Source: an uncultured Candidatus Saccharibacteria bacterium (GTDB lineage Bacteria > Patescibacteriota > Doudnabacteria > UBA920). Taken from it: 64,000 bases of DNA. The DNA is taken from contig CAZLNP010000001.1 in assembly GCA_964561085.1 (NCBI GenBank), positions 10,213 through 74,212 of the forward strand, in the 5' to 3' direction. Within the stretch, counting starts at the first letter, position 1. Every line of letters starts with the position of its first letter. The notes under the pieces are model-generated. The model ran no database searches. It worked only from the letters and a program-made list of their open reading frames with translations, and was not told where the DNA came from. A program made the position numbers and the translations under genes. Of the stretch, positions 59,260-64,000 are shown one piece after another.

Positions 59260-61053
59260 ATGAAACGAACCACAACTACTGGTCTTAAGCCAGTGCGTAC
59301 CTATGAACGTGCGCAGCTTTTTAGTGACAAACTAGATAGTGCCGTGAGCGCTGAGGACTCTAACAAATCCGAGCCGTTGCCAGCTACTCAAAACACTTTG
59401 CGAATAATTCCGTTTGGTGGAGTTGAGGAAATTGGTATCAACATGACAGCTTATGAATACGGCGATGACATTATCATTGTCGATATGGGTCTAGGATTTC
59501 CCGAGAAAAAATATTCAGGAATCAATTATATTATTCCGAACTATCAATGGCTGGAAGAAAACAAGAAGCGAATCCGCGCGGTAATAATTACTCATGCGCA
59601 CATGGATCACATTGGGGCTATCCCCTACATTCTTCCCCGCCTTGGCAATCCTCCGCTTTACAGCATGCCACTTTCAATTGGATTTATTAAAAGCCGTCTA
59701 CAAGAATTTAATTTGATAGAACAGTTGCCTCTGCACGCCATTTCTCAAGATGATGTTCTGCGCTTTGGAAACTTCACTGTGGAATTTTTCCGCGTGAACC
59801 ATAATATTCCTGACAGTGTTGGGCTCGCAATTAGCAGTCCAGCCGGCCGAGTAATTCACACCGGTGATTGGAAGTTAGACTTTACCCCTGGAGACCAGCA
59901 ACCCGCAGAAATGGATAAGCTGGCGAAATGGGGTGGTGAAGGCGTATTAGCCCTCCTTTCTGACTCTACCAACGCCCAGAAGCCAGGTTTTTGTGCCTCT
60001 GAAGCCCAACTGCATGACGCTCTTGAACAAATGTTTAGCCAAGCCAAAGACCGCATAATCTTTACCAGCAATGCCCTAATTTTAACTCGCATTCAACAGG
60101 TACTAGATATTGCAGTCCGGCTTAACCGTAAGGTTGCCATTGTCGGTCGCTCTATGCAAAACAATATTGAGATCGCTCTAAGTCTCGGGTATATCAAACT
60201 TGTTCCTGGAACAATTGTTTCTACGGCACAAGCCAAGCCTATGCCAGGTAATAAGCTAATCGTTTTAACAACCGGAGCTCAAGGAGAAGATAATGCTGCG
60301 TTAGCACGGGCCGCTGATGGTAGTCATAGAGACTTGCAGCTAAAGCCATCTGACACAGTTGTTATCTCTGCCACCCCTATTCCTGGAAATGAAACCGCCC
60401 AAAGCAATTTAATTTCTGAACTGCTAAAGCAAGGGCTAAATGTAATTCACCACAAACTATTTGATATTCACATTTCAGGCCATGCTCAACAAGAAGAATT
60501 AAAAATGATGATGGATTTGGTTAAGCCTAAACATCTTATCCCGATTCACGGTTATCATAGTTTCTTAACTGCTCATGCGAATTTAGCTATTGGAATGGGA
60601 ATGCCAAAAGAAAATGTTTTCATTGCCCATAACGGAACTGTATTTGAATTCGAATCTGACAAGCCAGCTCGAATGCTCCACAAACGTCTGCCAGCAAGCT
60701 ATGTGCATGTTGATGAAACTGCCATCGGCCAAGTAGACGCGTCTTTGTTCTGCGACAAAGAGGCCATGGCCGCAGCTGGAGTCGTAAGTGTTATTGTAAC
60801 GATAAATTCGGACAAGAAAAAATTAGCGAAAAAATCGGAACTCATAACGCGCGGCTTCACTTACAATAAAAACAGTGGCAGTCTCTTGAGAGAACTAACT
60901 TACGAAGTTGATAAACACGTTGAACAGTATCTGAAAAAGTCCTCAACAAATATAATGACTTTAGAATCAGAGCTTAAAAGTGTTTTAACAACCTATATCT
61001 TGCAAAAAACTGGACGTGAACCTTTGGTTCTGCCAGTTGTTGTGGAAGTTTAG
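59260..61053 (+). CDS. rnj: Ribonuclease J, copy 2 (paralogue)
   Basis: PFGGVEEIG.N, THAHMDHIG, HTGDWK, HISGHA, PIHG; start moved to MKRTT. Confidence 0.93.
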   Translation: MKRTTTTGLKPVRTYERAQLFSDKLDSAVSAEDSNKSEPLPATQNTLRIIPFGGVEEIGINMTAYEYGDDIIIVDMGLGFPEKKYSGINYIIPNYQWLEENKKRIRAVIITHAHMDHIGAIPYILPRLGNPPLYSMPLSIGFIKSRLQEFNLIEQLPLHAISQDDVLRFGNFTVEFFRVNHNIPDSVGLAISSPAGRVIHTGDWKLDFTPGDQQPAEMDKLAKWGGEGVLALLSDSTNAQKPGFCASEAQLHDALEQMFSQAKDRIIFTSNALILTRIQQVLDIAVRLNRKVAIVGRSMQNNIEIALSLGYIKLVPGTIVSTAQAKPMPGNKLIVLTTGAQGEDNAALARAADGSHRDLQLKPSDTVVISATPIPGNETAQSNLISELLKQGLNVIHHKLFDIHISGHAQQEELKMMMDLVKPKHLIPIHGYHSFLTAHANLAIGMGMPKENVFIAHNGTVFEFESDKPARMLHKRLPASYVHVDETAIGQVDASLFCDKEAMAAAGVVSVIVTINSDKKKLAKKSELITRGFTYNKNSGSLLRELTYEVDKHVEQYLKKSSTNIMTLESELKSVLTTYILQKTGREPLVLPVVVEV

Positions 61054-61060
61054 TTTGATA

Positions 61061-61150
61061 GATGAAAGGTTGCCTACACGAAAACACGTCACCTTCGTCC
61101 TGCTGTGCAGGCCGTGTTCCTATAGTTTTCTTAGTAAGCAACCTTTCATC
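61061..61150. repeat. Structured 3' element, copy 2 (56-nt core in a 17-bp stem)
   Basis: Stem 61061-61077/61134-61150 unrelated in sequence to the copy 1 stem. Confidence 0.85.
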
Positions 61151-61165
61151 AACAAGTAATCTTCA

Positions 61166-61217
61166 AAAAATAAGAGCGGCCGATTCAACACGTGATGTGT
61201 TGTCTCGACCGCTTTTT
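61166..61217 (-). repeat. 52-bp hairpin repeat, copy A (terminator-like)
   Basis: 49/52 identical to 61783-61834; directly after the stop codon of an ORFan. Confidence 0.85.
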
Positions 61218-61219
61218 GA

Positions 61220-61675
61220 TTAAAAGTCCTCAGGACTTGCCGAAGGCATGGTCACAGGCAAAGATTCGTCTGTGGTAAAGCTGTAGAATAAAGCCTGCGG
61301 ACCTAGCGCCATTTTATACAGCCTATCTAGCTCTAGATCCTCCTCAAGCTGAAGCTTTTTAGCTTTGATCAGCTTGATGGTTTGGCGAACTTCTTTCTGC
61401 ATCCGCATTAGTAAATCGCCGGCATGCTTTTCGGAAAGTTGAGCGTAATTATCCGCCTTGTCAGAGATGAACGTTGGCTTGAGTGGATCCCAATAAACGT
61501 GATCGCATGACCAACCAAAATTGAAGTTGCCAAACTGCTCCAACCTATAAAAGTAGGAGCCGTCAAATTCAATGACATCGGTTGCAATCTCAAATTGCTT
61601 AACCTCTTCCCTAACGCTGATTAGATAGTTAAAGTGCTTGAAGATGTTTCCAAGCCCAGATATGTTTTCTCCCAT
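61220..61675 (-). CDS. Hypothetical protein (ORFan)
   Basis: Own promoter TTGACA-17-TACTAT (61765-61737), SD GAGGG, start MGENI. Confidence 0.6.
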   Translation of the reverse strand: MGENISGLGNIFKHFNYLISVREEVKQFEIATDVIEFDGSYFYRLEQFGNFNFGWSCDHVYWDPLKPTFISDKADNYAQLSEKHAGDLLMRMQKEVRQTIKLIKAKKLQLEEDLELDRLYKMALGPQALFYSFTTDESLPVTMPSASPEDF

Positions 61676-61782
61676 AATATAAACCCTCTTTTTGTTGATG
61701 TATAAGTACCCAATAGTTGATGTCTTACGACTAAACATAGTAAGACAAATGGTCTTCTGTGTCAATCTAGCAGAAATTAGAG

Positions 61783-61834
61783 AAAAATAAGAGCGGCCGA
61801 TTCAACACATAGTGTGTTGTCTCGACCGCTTTTT
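61783..61834 (-). repeat. 52-bp hairpin repeat, copy B (terminator-like)
   Basis: 49/52 identical to 61166-61217. Confidence 0.85.
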
Positions 61835-61839
61835 CTAAG

Positions 61840-62241
61840 CTACTGAAACGCTTCGGCATACATCTTGTCGGCGGCGATTTCTATCCGCTCCTTCCAACGT
61901 TCCATGACATCACGCCGACAAACTGCCATGGCATGATGCTTAAGCAACTCAAGAAACTCTGATCCTGTTTCATCGTCAAATGCAGCACGCTTCTTGCCAA
62001 CGCCCGCAGATACATTATCAATAGACCATTCGAAATAATTTGAATCCAATGCCACAGAAAGTTTTGGGCAAGTTTCTGCGATTCCACTGAAATGCAATTG
62101 CAATGGAATCTGCGGATTGAAGGTCAAGGTGATCTCCTCACCAAAACCCTTTAAGCTCTCAAGGAGCTTTGGGTTTGATTTACACCTTTCCAATAACCAC
62201 ATACAATGTGCGATGATTTTTTCACTTATTGAACTATTCAT
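61840..62241 (-). CDS. Hypothetical protein (ORFan)
   Basis: 133-aa ORF with AAGGAGGG SD. Confidence 0.6.
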   Translation of the reverse strand: MNSSISEKIIAHCMWLLERCKSNPKLLESLKGFGEEITLTFNPQIPLQLHFSGIAETCPKLSVALDSNYFEWSIDNVSAGVGKKRAAFDDETGSEFLELLKHHAMAVCRRDVMERWKERIEIAADKMYAEAFQ

Positions 62242-62252
62242 TTTTCCCTCCT

Positions 62253-62459
62253 TCAGAACTTTCTAGCCGCTTCAGTGCGAAATGAATTTTTAACTGGCCG
62301 ACCCCGGTAAGCACACCTCTTTCTATCGAAAGATACGACTCTCTTCATCCAGCCAGATCCTTTGGAAGTGACTTTTGTCTGATGATGCTTTGACACCTTA
62401 CCGTTCGGCTGCAATGGGACAAGTTTTTCCTTACACTCAGGACAAGTACCGTAGTTCAT
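62253..62459 (-). CDS. Small basic Zn-ribbon-like protein
   Basis: CPEC...H...C; GAGGAG SD before MNYGT. Confidence 0.5.
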   Translation of the reverse strand: MNYGTCPECKEKLVPLQPNGKVSKHHQTKVTSKGSGWMKRVVSFDRKRCAYRGRPVKNSFRTEAARKF

Positions 62460-62475
62460 AATTCTCTCCTCAATT

Positions 62476-62886
62476 TCAGAATGTATCATTGTATCCAATC
62501 TTGGAATTTGCATCTGGTGAACTTAAGGTTCCACCTTTCTGCAATCCTAGCATTGGAGCAAGGGTAAACTTAGGTTGCGTCTTTGACGATCCTAAATACT
62601 TTTTCAAGATCATCTTTGCATCTACTGAGCAATTAAACTTACCAGACCACTTTCCAGTGATTTCTATTGATTCCAAATCATTAGGTCGATAGTAAAGATA
62701 GTCAGAGTCGCTTGCGTCAATATAAACGATCACTCTTTTCGGTATCATGGCAAGCTCTTTATCTAACCCAATCTTCTGAATGATGCTTTTTGGGATGGTA
62801 ATAAAGAATCTACCCCTACTCCAATCAAGTGGTAAATAATGATCCAGTTCTCCTGAATCTATAAAATCTTCTTTTTCGCCTCTCAT
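62476..62886 (-). CDS. Hypothetical protein, possible AbrB/MraZ-like DNA-binding fold
   Basis: GRFFITIPKSIIQKIGL segment; GGAGG SD before MRGEK. Confidence 0.5.
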   Translation of the reverse strand: MRGEKEDFIDSGELDHYLPLDWSRGRFFITIPKSIIQKIGLDKELAMIPKRVIVYIDASDSDYLYYRPNDLESIEITGKWSGKFNCSVDAKMILKKYLGSSKTQPKFTLAPMLGLQKGGTLSSPDANSKIGYNDTF

Positions 62887-62949
62887 AAATTCCTCCAAAT
62901 TCTAAACTGACTAACCATATTATCCACTTTTGTGGTAAAATGTCAATAT

Positions 62950-63921
62950 ATGAAACAAGAAACTATCCTCTCTGGAGTTCAAGCTACTGGCCGAATGCAT
63001 ATTGGCAACTACCTGGGAGCACTTAAACAATTCGTAGATATTCAAAATGAAGGCAAACTAAAGTGCTACTTTTTCGTGGCAGATTTGCACGCTTTAACTG
63101 TGCCTCGTGACCCTAAACAGCTTCGCCAAGATACTATTGAAGTTGTAGCGGAATATATTGCCGCGGGGTTAGATCCTGAAAAGTCTGTAATCTTTGTTCA
63201 GAATCATGTTCTTGAACACGCCGAGCTAGCTTGGATTTTTAATTGCATCACTCCAGTTGCCGAACTCAACAAGATGACTCAGTACAAAGATAAAGGCGCT
63301 AAGCAAGAATCGCAAAATGCTGGACTACTCACCTACCCTGTTCTTATGGCGGCAGATATTCTTTTGTACAAACCAAACTTTGTGCCTGTTGGTGAAGACC
63401 AAGTTCAGCACATTGAACTCACTCGCATTGTAGCGCGCAAGTTTAACAAGCAATTTGGTAATGTTTTTCCTGAACCAAAGCCTTTTGAACGCAAACCTTT
63501 GCGTATCATGAGTTTAAAAAACCCTACAAAGAAGATGAGTAAAACTGGTGATGATCCAATTTACTTAGACGATGAGCCAGATGTAATTCACGCCAAGTTA
63601 AAGAAAGCTGTGACTGCTACTGCAGGTGAAGGCAGTGAAGGGGTTGAGAATCTTTTGTATCTTTTGGAAACTTTCGGAGATGCTTCTACTGCTGGTGAAT
63701 TCCGCGCACAAGTAAAAAATGGCACTATTAAATATAGCGAGCTGAAAGCTACTTTAGCAGATGCGATTGCTGACTACTTTGCAGATTTCCGCGAAAAGAA
63801 GAAAGCGCTACTTGAAGACAAGCAACGATTAGCACAAATCTTAGCTGATGGAGCGGCTCGTGCCCGCGAGATAGCGCACGCAACAATGCAGGAAGTAAAA
63901 GAGAAGACGGGATTACTATAG
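62950..63921 (+). CDS. trpS: Tryptophan--tRNA ligase
   Basis: HIGN, YPVLMAADIL, VPVGEDQ, KMSK. Confidence 0.97.
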   Translation: MKQETILSGVQATGRMHIGNYLGALKQFVDIQNEGKLKCYFFVADLHALTVPRDPKQLRQDTIEVVAEYIAAGLDPEKSVIFVQNHVLEHAELAWIFNCITPVAELNKMTQYKDKGAKQESQNAGLLTYPVLMAADILLYKPNFVPVGEDQVQHIELTRIVARKFNKQFGNVFPEPKPFERKPLRIMSLKNPTKKMSKTGDDPIYLDDEPDVIHAKLKKAVTATAGEGSEGVENLLYLLETFGDASTAGEFRAQVKNGTIKYSELKATLADAIADYFADFREKKKALLEDKQRLAQILADGAARAREIAHATMQEVKEKTGLL

Positions 63922-63940
63922 TTTTAAAAAGTTTGCGTAT

Positions 63941-63981
63941 AAAAAAATGGCCTACTCTATTTCTAGAGTGGGCCGTTTTTT
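63941..63981 (+). terminator. Intrinsic terminator after trpS
   Basis: AAAAAATGGCCTACTCTA/TAGAGTGGGCCGTTTTTT stem. Confidence 0.8.
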
Positions 63982-64000
63982 GTTTCTGATTTAACCTGTT

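Noticed and set aside
61166-61834. 52-bp repeats as a CRISPR array or integron attC sites
   Set aside because: Only two copies separated by a whole gene; no cas or intI gene; no attC end motifs
1-64000. Reverse transcriptase, DGR, retron, CRISPR-Cas, restriction-modification or rRNA genes
   Set aside because: No corresponding motifs seen in any ORF or intergenic region

Overview
AT-rich bacterial chromosomal window whose gene content and synteny (lepB-hisS-like-HIT-rpsU-yqeY-ftsA-ftsZ, dprA-topA, comEC, short hrcA, no biosynthetic genes) suggest a Patescibacteria/CPR genome (inference). Most of it is housekeeping: RelA/SpoT, ndk, hisS, ftsAZ, der, pth, topA, hrcA-grpE-dnaK-dnaJ with a perfect CIRCE, uvrA, uvrC, secG, two tandem RNase J genes and trpS. 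An ~11.2 kb element (24445-35642) is integrated at the 3' end of a tRNA-Lys(UUU) gene. Its att site lies inside the 3' end of its own large serine recombinase gene, so the integrated gene ends in 27 residues read antisense through the tRNA, while the reconstructed excised circle would encode a different 40-residue tail. Other highlights: an orphan PemK/MazF gene flanked by two candidate non-coding RNAs (one shows an anti-Shine-Dalgarno-like loop); a 56-nt core held in unrelated long stems after both RNase J genes; a catalytically degenerate HisRS paralogue; c4/CI-like antisense hairpins in the element; many apparently leaderless genes with an SD-bearing rpsU; and stand-alone ORFan cassettes, two sharing a 52-bp hairpin. 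All calls were made by eye from sequence motifs; no database searches or folding programs were run.
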